Source: Rhizophagus irregularis
Taxonomy: Eukaryota
NCBI RefSeq assembly: GCF_026210795.1
Contig: NC_089431.1
Span: forward strand, 3,720,001 to 3,784,000
Direction of reading: 5' to 3'
Length of the DNA: 64,000 bases
The position numbers were made by a program, and so were the translations under genes. The notes under the pieces are model-generated. The model was given only the letters and a program-made list of their open reading frames with translations, made no database searches and had not been told where the DNA came from. Shown here in pieces: positions 39,435 to 51,539 of this stretch (positions are counted from its first letter, which is position 1; every line of letters starts with the position of its first letter).

Positions 39435-41634
39435 ATGGATGACAATAGATTTTTACCAAAGTTATCACAAAATTTACTCAAAATTTTGGATGATAATGAA
39501 TATTATGATATTACTATCGAAGTTGGCAATGACCCTTACGTAAAAATATTCCGTGCTCACATGGTTATTCTAAATTATCGTTCTACTTATTTACAAAGGA
39601 TTTTATCAACAAATAAAAAGAAAAATGATGGAACTTTGGTACATATTAAATTACCAAATATTTCACCTGAAATTTTTCAAATAATCCTCAGGTAAGTAAT
39701 ATATAATAAACAAGTTATTATTTTACAAATATTTACACTTTTAATGTATATAAATGTTTTATTTCAGATATATTTACGGAGGAAGACTTTTTTTGAAGGA
39801 ATATGATACTTTAGATATTATTAAGATTTTAATTGCTGCTAGTGAACTTAATCTTCAAGAATTAGTTAACCATTTACAAATTTATATAATTAAAAATAAT
39901 AAAAATTGGATGGAAAAAAATTTTAATCTCGTATATCAAACAAGTTTTGAAAATCATTCTTTGTTAACACTTCAAAAATATTGCAATGACTTAATTTCAA
40001 ACAGACCTGAAAAGATACTTAAATCAATTAATTCCTCTTCAATTTCAGAAAAACTTTTAGTTTCAATTATTCAAAGTAATAAACTTCAAATGAGCGAAAT
40101 TCAAGTTTGGAAATATGTAATTAAATGGGGACTTGCTCATAATCTTAAACTTCCTACTGATCCTGCAACCTTTTCAAAGGATGATTTCAATATATTAAAA
40201 ATTACTTTACAACAACTCATTCCTTTTATTAAGTTTGATAGTTTAACTTCTAAGGAATTTTCTGAAGAAGTATTACCTTATAAGAAAGTTTTACCAAAGG
40301 AATTATATAAGGATTATTGAACATTTTTTTAAATTCACATCCTGATAGCAGACCAAATGATAAATCAAAAATAATTCAAAATATTGATTCAAAAATTATT
40401 ACACCTCAACACGCTGCATTAATCTCGAATTGGATTGATAAATTAAATATTACAAATAAGTCAACTTCTTTATATGAATTCAAATTAATTCTTCGTGGAT
40501 CTCGTGATGGATTTGAGCCTAATAAATTTCATGAGATTTGTGATGATCGATCTTGCACTATAACAATTATCAAAGTTAAATTTAATAACCAAATTCTTGG
40601 AGGATATAATCCAATTGAATGGAAATCTGATCGTAGTTATAGCGCTACTAAGGATAGTTTTATATTCTCTTTTAAGAATTGTGATGATATTAATAATCAT
40701 ATTTTAAGTCGTGTTGTAAAAAAAAATTATGCTATATTTAACGATCATACTTATGGACCATCATTTGGTGGTGTTGATCTTGTTTTGCGAGGAAATAGTG
40801 GATATTGTATAAAAGATAGTTATAAAAAGCAAATCAGGGGACCCTCTTCAGGTACAATTAATTATTAATTGCCTTTTATCTGTGAATGGCCAAATATTTT
40901 TATATAATCTCTTTATAATTTCTATAGAATCCGTCTTACATTATGGTGTATTTTGTGATTACTGTAAATATACTATTCGTGGATTGAGATGGAAGTGTAC
41001 ATACTGTAGAGACTAAGATTTATGTCAAGATTGTAAACCCAAGTCACATATTCATCGTCATCCAAATGATCATGCGTTCAAACTTATTCCACATTCGGAG
41101 TCTGCTGAAAGTGCTCCTCGTATGTACCATCATAATTTTTTTGAATATAGTATTATAGTACGAAGATTTTCTTAAAATTATTTATGATTTCTTTATAATA
41201 CATTCATAGAATTTGCTGTGCATTATGGTATAGTATGTAAGTCCTGCAACAAGAAAATTCATGGAATGAGATGGAATTGTACATTTTGTAACAATTATAA
41301 TTTATGTCAAGATTGTAAATTCAAATCACCAAATATTGATAAACATCCAAATAATCATGCATTTCGACCTATTGCATATTCAGATAGTATTTCAGTATTT
41401 TTAAATCGTTTTGGTAAGTTATCACTAAATCTTTTTATACTATGATATTCACTTATTCAAATTTTACTTTATTCATTGCGTATTTAATCATCATTATAAT
41501 ATGAATTAGGGTTGATAGAAAATGCTATTTGTGACTATTGTGAATCAGAATGCATCAGTGGAAGATGTCATAAGTGTGCTAATGGTGAATTTTCTGTAGA
41601 AGAATACGAGATATTTCAAATTGTAAAAAAATAA
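39435..41634 (+). pseudogene. Paralogue of the BTB-BACK-TLDc/ZZ gene with a frameshift and a nonsense codon
   Basis: Same five-exon layout; 1-bp deletion near 40313 (ggattattga vs ggatttattga); TAA at 41014-41016 in ZZ1; ends FSVEEYEIFQIVKK*. Confidence 0.85.
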
Positions 41635-42968
41635 AATATAATATGGACTTGTTCCCTAAACATATATTGGACGAAAATATTCCTCTGCAATTTGATTAGA
41701 AAATTATAAAGATTGAAGAAATTACTTTACTATATCAAAGCTGTTGAAACTCACGATGTATTATAGTCGAGTATAACTATTGTAACAATCTATAAAAATG
41801 AATCTATTCAAATAAAAAAAGTTATTGCAGTATCTAAAATGCTACGTTTCTGACCCTTTGGGCTAGAATTATGACAAAACAATTTTGATCAAATATTTAT
41901 TAATTCTAACCCAAATTACGTTTAAAAGGGCCCAGTAAGATTGATTTGTCCATTTTGTGACTATTACTAATGAGTTATTCAATACGTTAATTAAAAATGG
42001 TTGATATTATTATATTACAAGTGATATTATAAAATATGATAATTTGGTATTGTTAATATTGTAATTTTCTATATAAAACGATATATTTAATAATTTACTT
42101 ACAAAAAAAATAATATGTTGCTTGAATCTTGATTGCCGTTAATCAGGAATCAGCAATAATCTATTTTGATTGAGTATAATGTCAAATAATTTTAATTCGT
42201 TTCGAGAGAAATTTATTAATAAGTTTGAAGCATATTCTTATATGGGAATTGCTTAAAATTCAGAATTTCCTTTTGATCTTACAAAATTATGAGTAAGGAT
42301 AGTTGATTATTTTTTATTTTTGGAAAACTATACACCATCTTGTAGATAGATGTTTCACAAAATTATATAAGAATTACGTAACCATTTATTCGCTATAAAT
42401 AAAAATTTTTTTTTTTGCAACAGCTTCTATTGTGAAATTAGGTAAATTTTGGTTTGTAAGTGGTGATGATTTTTTAGCATACTAAACAAATAATGTCTAA
42501 GATTTTTTTTTCATCAGAAGTTAAGCTAAAAATGACCATTAATTTTATTAAGGGATTTTTTTTATCAAAATACAATTTTACTTTGCATAGATTTTACTAA
42601 CTAAATTAAGTAATGTTAATTTTTTTTTTTATTGATATGTTATTTTTATTATTTCAATTTAATTAAATCAAAAAAAAGATATGAATTCCTTTTTTTAAAA
42701 AAAAAATAGTAATCCAAATATCATAATAATCAGTATATAATTACTTTAATCTGTGTCAATTGTGTCATAACGATCAAAATTTAATTTTTTTTTACCAAAT
42801 AAAAAGAAAGAATTTTTTTCAAAAAAAATACTACTAATTTCTCTTCTTATATGACTTTCTTATAGTGTTGTATGATAGTCAAAAAATTTGTTTTTGTTTA
42901 TAAAAAAATATGCTTGTCATTTATTGCCATTTTCAAAATTATTGACAAAATCTTATTTTTGCGATGAT

Positions 42969-43815
42969 ATCATGTGATTTTTGTATTGAAAATTGTAATC
43001 ACCTTTTTACATGAATTTTTAATATTTTTATACCAGATTTTTTTTTGTGTGAATCATTAAATTCAAGATATAAATGGTACCCTACTGGCCTACTTGGATT
43101 TTTAATGGTATATTGTATTTATATTTTTATTATAGTTATTTGAGCAAAAATTGAAGTGAATCACCATTTAACGAATTCTTAATATTTTAATGTTTTTTTT
43201 TTTGATGAATCAACAAATTCTGAATTTTTTTTGTATTAGTATTATTTATAATAAATATAAAGATTAAATAGGTGAATCTACCATTTTCATGAATTGCTAA
43301 TATGTTTATATCATATTTTTTTGATGAATCATCTAAATATATGTTTTATATAAATTTTTTGTACTAGTATCTATAAAATTAATTAAATCGTCATTCTCAA
43401 TAAATTTTTTAATATTTTTATATTAGATTTTTTTGATGAATCATCAAATTTTATCCACGAAATCACCATAGTAATATTTTAAATTGTTTTATATGAATAT
43501 TTTGATTACTTAAATAGCAGTTAATAAATAATGCTAATAAAGATACAAAATTTTGTATAAAGCATATAATAAAAATGTTATTACTTATTATGGTGTTTAT
43601 TATGAATAAAATTAAAAAATTCATGAAAATGGTGATTCACTTCAATTTTTACTTAAATAACCATAATAATAATATACTATGACAATAAACTTATATAATA
43701 TGCTGTTAAAAAATCAAGTAGGGTACCATTTATGTCTTGAATTTAATGATTCATATTAAAAATTCGTGTAAAGATGATGATTCATATTATTTTCAATACG
43801 AAAAATCACATGATA
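42969..43815. mobile_element. Foldback/long-TIR element
   Basis: About 200-bp imperfect inverted arms (tgaatcattaaattcaagatataaatggtaccctact vs agtagggtaccatttatgtcttgaatttaatgattca); internal ttgatgaatca repeats about 118 bp apart. Confidence 0.7.
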
Positions 43816-45198
43816 ACACGATTGCAGAGATTATTAAATTTCTTGCCATATTTAAATTATATAGTAGTTTTTACATTGAAAGTTAGCTAATAATTGTTAA
43901 TATGAAATAGCACTAGAATTTTTTATTAAATTAGACATATTTCTTTCACAAAATTAATATGATAATTTTTTTTTATTAAATTTTTTTTGCAAGCCTAATG
44001 TATTTTTATTAATAAATAATTAGTAACTAAATTCTTTTTTCTTTATTAAAGGACATAATTATCCGATCCTTTTTTCTTGACAGTCATGAAAGAATTTTTT
44101 TTGAAGATTTATTAATGGCTTAGTACATTATATAATTAAAAGCCTAAAATCTTTTCAGTCATAGAGTATTTATATTGATTCTATTATTTGTTATTAATAT
44201 ATATACCCATCAAAAAATACAATTTCATCTCAAAACTTCTAATCATTATTAAATTTTACTATTCATTAATATTTAAAGCTCCCTGACATGTTTAATGTTT
44301 ACTTGTTTCTAAAAAAATATTTGTTCATAACGTTCAAAAAGCTTTTTTAGTATATGCAAGTATTTTGCTAAGGAATTTTTTTTTTTATGAAAAATTTCTC
44401 TACATTCATTCCTTGCAGGTAGATAATTAATCTAGAATTCATCTTGGGAAATTCTGACAAAAATCGTTCTATCAAAGAATAAAAGAATTCCATCAAAGAA
44501 TAATAGAATTATAGATGCGGTGATTGGCCAGTCTTATGTGGGACTAATTAAATTTCAGCCACAATAAAAATAAAATATGAATGTATAAAATTATAATTTA
44601 TGTTATACAAAACATTCAAATTTTTATAAACAACTTCAATAAATCCTTTATATTAAATTTAATTCAAAAAGATCCCTCTTGCTTTATTTTTATTGTTGAC
44701 TATGCACAGTGAGTACATTACTTCTCAAATTATAGTTTTTGAAGAAAAAGAATACTCTTTTTACAAAGCAAATAAAAAAATAATATAATCATATATCTAC
44801 TCTCCTCTCCTATTCTTGGAATTTCTGAGATGGTATTTTTATGATATATTAATAAGCGGACCAAGAAAACAATTTGCATTACTTTCACCACTCTTTTTTA
44901 TTTGAAAGTTCTGAATAAATTAATAGATATGTATTCTGGTAAATTATTTTTTAAAAAAGTCATTTGTGAAATTATGATTTTATTCATTTTAAAACTTTTT
45001 GTTCTAAACTCATTTCTCATAAAATAATAACTGAATCTTAAAAGTATAAAAACACCAAAAGTTTGATCTAAAAGTTTTAACAATGAACAGATAACCCATT
45101 TATTTATCTTATGCACACAAACACATTATTACTTCAAAATATGAATTATACCAATTACATTCTAAAAAATTTATGTTAATAATTATATTCATCCACTT

Positions 45199-46575
45199 TT
45201 ATTCATTTGACCATTTAATTTCATGATTCCAAAAATCATCATCATAATAATTAAGTTCAATAGCTTCCACTTCACATATTTCAATAAATTTATGCCAGTG
45301 ATTAGTACGATGATATAAATGTAAAGTTTTTTTACATCTATTTCTCCATTTAGTAAAAAATAATTTTAAAGATTCTTCATTAAATAGAATAAAACCAAGA
45401 TGAATTTTGTATAAAGTGAATGGAGCCAATTCAACCAATAAATCCAGAAATTTATCATAATATTTATTCATGATTTGCTCATCTATATCTATTGCTACCA
45501 AGTGTTGGCAATTGATGAAGATTTTCTCCAGTTCTTCTAGGGTTCCCTCACGGGTTAAAAATACTGTAACATATTTTATATTTGGACAATATTTGTAGAT
45601 TGACTGATTATATTCTTTTGCTCGATCAGAACTAGCAAATTTGATTTTAATTTTCCATAGACTTCCATTTGTATTTTGAATAATATCTATTGCTATATCA
45701 AGTGATACGTTTAATAAATCAAGTATTTGAAGGTTATAATAATTTAAATATATTTTATGCTTACTTAGTTGATAATTTGTATCATTTATTCTTAAATATT
45801 GTAAATTAACTAATTTTGGAAGGAGAAAATCATATTGAAAGGATTCATTTGTTTTTAAATGCAAATTCAAATGAACAATTGAATTTACATGTTTTTCTAA
45901 AGCTTGATTTATCTTCTTACATTTGTGATATTTATCTATAAATATGTATTTAATCTGTTTTTGCATTTCAATTAATTCAGCAATTCCAGAAATTTCTTCA
46001 TAAATACTTATGTAAATTTTTTCTATTGACCTGCATATTTGTGCCAATTCATGATAAAACGTACATAAACGTCTTCTTATATCTAACTCATATAGATTTG
46101 AAAGAGAAATATTTGATCCTGGATATTTGCATATTGAAACTGATATCATATTTGAACTCAAACATTTAATTGATGAACATTCACTAATAAAAAGCTTATA
46201 AATTTCTTCCTTTAATAAATCTTCATCTGGAATAACTTCATGAATATTATTAAGATATTTGCAAAATCTAACATAGTTAAATGAAAGTTTTTGCTTTTGA
46301 TAATTTGCTTCAATGATATTTTTGTCTTTCAAAAATTTAATTGAATTATCTGATAAATGCGAAATAATAATATCTAATAATGATTTTTTGTTATAAGCAT
46401 ATTTATAAGGATAACTCCATAAAATTTGAATTATGATTTCACACCAATGTTTGTTAATAAGCAAACAATGATGTAGAGATTTTTTAAAATTTCTTTCATT
46501 ATTTGAATTAGCAGTAATTAAGTAATGTAAATCTTGAAAAATATGATAAAGAACATCACTATTTAATTTTGACAT
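45199..46575 (-). CDS. F-box-like protein with a degenerate LRR/RNI-like C-terminus
   Basis: Single long ORF; MSKLNSDVLYHIF...SLHHCLLINKHWCEIIIQILWSYP F-box-like pattern; LxxLxL strands. Confidence 0.8.
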   Translation of the reverse strand: MSKLNSDVLYHIFQDLHYLITANSNNERNFKKSLHHCLLINKHWCEIIIQILWSYPYKYAYNKKSLLDIIISHLSDNSIKFLKDKNIIEANYQKQKLSFNYVRFCKYLNNIHEVIPDEDLLKEEIYKLFISECSSIKCLSSNMISVSICKYPGSNISLSNLYELDIRRRLCTFYHELAQICRSIEKIYISIYEEISGIAELIEMQKQIKYIFIDKYHKCKKINQALEKHVNSIVHLNLHLKTNESFQYDFLLPKLVNLQYLRINDTNYQLSKHKIYLNYYNLQILDLLNVSLDIAIDIIQNTNGSLWKIKIKFASSDRAKEYNQSIYKYCPNIKYVTVFLTREGTLEELEKIFINCQHLVAIDIDEQIMNKYYDKFLDLLVELAPFTLYKIHLGFILFNEESLKLFFTKWRNRCKKTLHLYHRTNHWHKFIEICEVEAIELNYYDDDFWNHEIKWSNE

Positions 46576-47801
46576 TTTTTTTTTGGGAAATAAAATAAAT
46601 AAAATTTTATTTTTCGAAGAAAAAAAAAGCAATTTATACTGATAAATTGTGTCATAATATATTAAATTGACATAAATCCATTATTTTAAACAATCACATT
46701 AAGAAATAATTGCTATAAAGTTATCAATAATTATAACAGTCCATCATATTATAAGTCATAATAACTCTTACAATAACTGTTTGTTATATGTAATGGGAAA
46801 GAATTACAGTGATTTAAAATTAGCAGATAAATAAATGCAGACTTTAATAATTTTATTACTTATTATTTACAGTATCATATATAAAATTAATGTCTTCTAT
46901 TGCCCTATAAAAAATTTTACCCATTATTTCTGTAAAAACTCCATAAAAATGAGCCTTCCATGGATCAATTCTCAGAAAATATAAATAATTCGATAAATTC
47001 TGTGATATAGTAGGGTTATTATTCCAGAAATATGAACCTTTTACAGGAAAAAGATGGAATATAAAAAACGGAACTATTTTTTTATAGGGTTGTTATTTAA
47101 TTATCGATTATAAAAATTAATCTGTTCGAGAAAAATTACTAAAGAAATTTGTACCCATTAAAATATTTTATGTGCTAAGCCTCAATATTTCTTACTCATT
47201 ATTTTCCAATGAAACTGAAAAAAAGATAGAAAATTTATTCTCAAAAATAAACATTTCATAGCAATTGTTTTATATCAAACATAATTTATAAATATTTTAT
47301 TTCAAAAACTATTATACTTATTTATTATGAAAATTAAATATTGAATTGAAAATTTTACAAGTAGTGAATACTGGCAGGTATATATCACAATGGTCAGCAT
47401 AGCGGACATGCTTATATCACCATGCCGATCATTTTGCTGATCATATATATTTTTCAAACTTCAATAAACAATATCTCGAAATTCAGTCATCCAATTTTGA
47501 TAAAGTTGTGCTCATTGGATTCGCCTCATCGAGACGAGTCAAATGGTGGTATTTTCATTAATTTTGGATCACTAGATGCCAAGATATTCACGATTTTGTA
47601 TTTCTATTATGAATTATCACATTATATAAAATCGGCCGATCTGGCTTGGCTACACCGATATACATTCGGCCGGGCTATAAAAATTGATAAATTTAAGTTT
47701 TTTAACGATATAGAATAAAATAATAAACCTTTTTCATTACTAAAATTGATATTTATTAATTTTATATATAAATTTTTAGTATTTAATTAGGAAATTTACT
47801 A

Positions 47802-48134
47802 TTTTTAGACTTTAAAACTTTGTACAAAGCCACAGACTTTTAAGCCAACTCTGAAATTTTCATCATATATTTGTTAACCATTTAGAAATATATGGTGAAA
47901 AAATGGCATCCTAATTCGCTTGAAACCAAAAGTTACCTATATACTATATTTAGTCAATTTTAATAAATTTGCAATTTTTAGACTTCAAAGTTTTGTACAA
48001 AGCCACAGACTTTTAAGCCAACTTTGAAATTTTCATTATATATTTGTTAACCATTTAGAAATATATGGTAAAAAAATGGCATCCTAATTCGCTTGAAACC
48101 AAAACTTACTTATATGTTATATTTAGTCAATTTT
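47802..48134. repeat. 173-bp tandem duplication in the transposon 5' region
   Basis: agccacagacttttaagccaact at 47828 and 48001. Confidence 0.85.
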
Positions 48135-48374
48135 AAGTAATATATGATTATTTGATTTTAAAACTTTATATATTTTCTAAAATTTATTTTTGTTTACTAT
48201 TTTAAAAATATAAGATAAAATTAATTATTTTAAAAGTTTTCTATGTGTTATATTTAATCAGTTTTTTTATAAATAGACAAAAAAATTGCTTTAGCAAAAT
48301 TAGAAAATCCAATCCAATTTAAAATAAAAAAACAATATTTTTTTAAATACTTTCATAATTTTTAATTATAAAAA

Positions 48375-51300
48375 ATGGATAACACTTCTACTTTTTCAAA
48401 TATTTGCAATTTTGATTCCATTGAATGTAATGGAAGAATAAAGCCAATCACTTATAACACTAAAATACCAAAATCTACTGAATTAATTATTTCAGTTGGA
48501 ATGTATTTATGCCAAATACATTACAATCAATTTATTTTAAATGAAACTAGAAATATTAATTATAATAAGAGTTGTGAGCATCCAAAACATGATGAATATA
48601 AAAATCAATCAAAAAATACAAAAAAAAAATCAAGCAAACTTAATCTTAAAAAGGTTCCAAAAAGATTAATTGAAGTTTTAGAATTAAATGAATCTTCAGA
48701 AATTTGTAGTATGTGTAGAAATAAAACTGATAAAGATTCTGAATATTTACAAAATGAAAAATACAAAGCACCTATTCCAATTAAAAAAAACAATTTAAAT
48801 GATAATGATAATTTACAAGATGAATCAATAGAAACTATACAAGATGAACTAATAGAGGCTATACAAGATGAATCAATAGAAGTTATACAAAATGAATCAA
48901 TAGAAGTTATACAAAATGAATCAATAGAAACTAAACAAATAAAAACTTGTCAACATCCAAAACATGATGAATACTTAAATCAATCAAAAAATACAAGCAA
49001 ACAATTTAGTCTTCAAAAAGTTCCAACAAGATTAATTAAAGTATTAGAATTAGATGAACTTGCAATGATTTGCAGTATGTGTAAAAAAAAAACTGATAAA
49101 GATTCTCAATATTTACAAACTGAAGAATATAAAGCACCAATTTCTAGAAAAAATAATAATGACAATATATCAAAAATAGGAAATCATACTTATTTATTTA
49201 GAAAAGATATCTTATATACTGGAGAAGAATTACAACAATTTGAATCAGATTATCAAGAAATTATGACACAATTAAAAATTTTAAGTGAAATTAAATTAAG
49301 TAGTAAAATAATAAAAATGTCTAATATTCTTTATAATAATCAACATAGATTAAATCTTAAACCTATTTATGATCCAATAGCTTTTAAAACTATGTTAGAA
49401 ACAGCTGATAAAGATTTAATTGGATTTTTTGATGAATTATATGCTGGAACTAATCCTAATACTAAATCTGAAACAACAAATAATAACAACAAAAAAAAAT
49501 TAGTTTCTTTATGTTATTTTTTAGCTAGCATTAATAATAAATATATTAATGGAATTAAAGTTGATATTGGATCATACTTGGAAACTTCTGGAGCTTCTTC
49601 TTCTTCTATTGATACATTGGCAAATATAGGAGTTTCAGTAACAAGAAAAACAGTAAATCGTAAAAAAAATTTTATTTCAAATGAACACCAACAAACTGTA
49701 GATAATTATTGTTTACAAAATATAGAAAATATGTTTATTCTTAATATAGATGATTACCATAATATTCATAGGCGTAATCAACCAACATTGTTACAAACTC
49801 ACAATATTTATCATTTTGTAACAATATTATTGAATACAAATACTAAAATTCCAAAAATACCATTTTATTCATTAAATAATTTTTCAATACATAATCCTAA
49901 AGGAATTGATTCTGGATTAATTATTAATAACATTAAAAATAATTTTATGAATCAATTAGGTAAAAGTTATTATATGCAAAAAGAATTATGGAAAAATTTT
50001 TTAATTGAAGATTCTTATGAAAATAGAGTTGAACTACTTAATATTCATAATTATGATGGTAGAATTCAAAATTACCATGAATTAAGATCAATGTCTAATA
50101 GCAAATTAGTAGACTTTATTTTGCATCCTTTACATAGTACTAAGGATTATATTGAATGTTTAGATTATGTATTTAAAGCATTTGAAAGATTAGAAAATAT
50201 TGAAGAAAATTATTTAAATAATTTTATCATTCCTGTAATTGCTGATTGGCCAGGACAAGTAAATATAAGAAGAGCTATAACACTTAGAATTAAGAAAGGC
50301 ATTAATTCTGGAGTTCCAGAGCAAGTGTTAAATTTAATTCCTATGATAGGTCCACTTCATGTCTCTTTAAACAGCAGAGAAATACTATTTCAAACATATC
50401 ATTTCTTTTTTGAGATGCTATATCATAACTTATTTGGAGATAAAAAAATATTATCTCAAAAACCAAAACAAACAGTAATCAATCTTATTTTACATTTAAC
50501 TTATCATGGATGGAAAAATATTCGTGATATTGTTACAAAAAGATTTGGAAATTTAAAAGATGCAGAATATCAAATGATGATAGATTTATTAGATAATTCT
50601 ATTCCACTTACTTTGGATATATATGCAATACTTTTTAGAAGTGGATTTTTTGAAGGATATTTAGAAAGTACTGTAAAAATTTGGATATTATTTCAAAGAT
50701 TGAGAAGACATAATTATAATAAAGCACCACTTATGTTTTTAAGTGATGTATTTTATTGGACTTCAAAAAATCATCCAATAATTAATATTTTAAAAAATAA
50801 TTTACCAATTTTTAATGATTATTTTGTTGAAAATTTTCATAGCTCTTTAAGGCATCAAACAGCAGAATCAAATTCAGAGTTACAAATTATACAAAAAGCA
50901 AAAATTATTGATGCTGAAAGAAATAATAATCCTTTTAAAAATTCTTTTGTTAATTTGAGAAATCCAGCTAAGTCTCAAATTAAAGAATTAAAATCTTTAG
51001 AAAAAAAGGTTTCATTATTTTTATTCTCAATATTTGATAAGATTCATCAGAATATAGGAAATACAAAACAAATTAATAATGATAGATATCCAAAATTTTA
51101 TCTTCCAAGTTTTGATATTGAAGTGGATGTAAAGGTACTTCCTTTAGGCTGGAATACACAAAAAATACCAGCAGATGATAAATTTTGTGATGCAAATAAT
51201 TGTTTATTATCAAATAGTATAGATTTATCTAATGGAATTGTTTTACTTTGTGGACACAGTTTTCATAAAGAATGTTTAAGTACTTTATATGATGATAAAT

Positions 51301-51539
51301 GTAATTTTTGTTTTGATTATTTATCATCTGGAATTGAGAAAAATATTAAGAGTTTGGATCAAAGATTGTCGACATCATTAAAAGAAAATGAAATCCCTTT
51401 ATTTGAAAAGGAAAATAATAATGATGATGAAAATGATGAAGAAGAGAATATTGAAAACATATTAGAAAGAACAGAATGTGATGTAGAAAATCAATATGAT
51501 ATAATGTATCAACAATGGTTAAATTATAATGATATATAA
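48375..51539 (+). CDS. Putative DDE transposase with duplicated N-terminal zinc motifs and a C-terminal RING-like finger
   Basis: 1054-aa intronless ORF between TIRs; motifs LNIDDYH, IADWPGQ, IGPLH, NDYFVENFHS; two CxHPKH..CSMC units; C-x4-C..CGHSFHKEC..CNFC. Confidence 0.75.
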   Translation: MDNTSTFSNICNFDSIECNGRIKPITYNTKIPKSTELIISVGMYLCQIHYNQFILNETRNINYNKSCEHPKHDEYKNQSKNTKKKSSKLNLKKVPKRLIEVLELNESSEICSMCRNKTDKDSEYLQNEKYKAPIPIKKNNLNDNDNLQDESIETIQDELIEAIQDESIEVIQNESIEVIQNESIETKQIKTCQHPKHDEYLNQSKNTSKQFSLQKVPTRLIKVLELDELAMICSMCKKKTDKDSQYLQTEEYKAPISRKNNNDNISKIGNHTYLFRKDILYTGEELQQFESDYQEIMTQLKILSEIKLSSKIIKMSNILYNNQHRLNLKPIYDPIAFKTMLETADKDLIGFFDELYAGTNPNTKSETTNNNNKKKLVSLCYFLASINNKYINGIKVDIGSYLETSGASSSSIDTLANIGVSVTRKTVNRKKNFISNEHQQTVDNYCLQNIENMFILNIDDYHNIHRRNQPTLLQTHNIYHFVTILLNTNTKIPKIPFYSLNNFSIHNPKGIDSGLIINNIKNNFMNQLGKSYYMQKELWKNFLIEDSYENRVELLNIHNYDGRIQNYHELRSMSNSKLVDFILHPLHSTKDYIECLDYVFKAFERLENIEENYLNNFIIPVIADWPGQVNIRRAITLRIKKGINSGVPEQVLNLIPMIGPLHVSLNSREILFQTYHFFFEMLYHNLFGDKKILSQKPKQTVINLILHLTYHGWKNIRDIVTKRFGNLKDAEYQMMIDLLDNSIPLTLDIYAILFRSGFFEGYLESTVKIWILFQRLRRHNYNKAPLMFLSDVFYWTSKNHPIINILKNNLPIFNDYFVENFHSSLRHQTAESNSELQIIQKAKIIDAERNNNPFKNSFVNLRNPAKSQIKELKSLEKKVSLFLFSIFDKIHQNIGNTKQINNDRYPKFYLPSFDIEVDVKVLPLGWNTQKIPADDKFCDANNCLLSNSIDLSNGIVLLCGHSFHKECLSTLYDDKCNFCFDYLSSGIEKNIKSLDQRLSTSLKENEIPLFEKENNNDDENDEEENIENILERTECDVENQYDIMYQQWLNYNDI

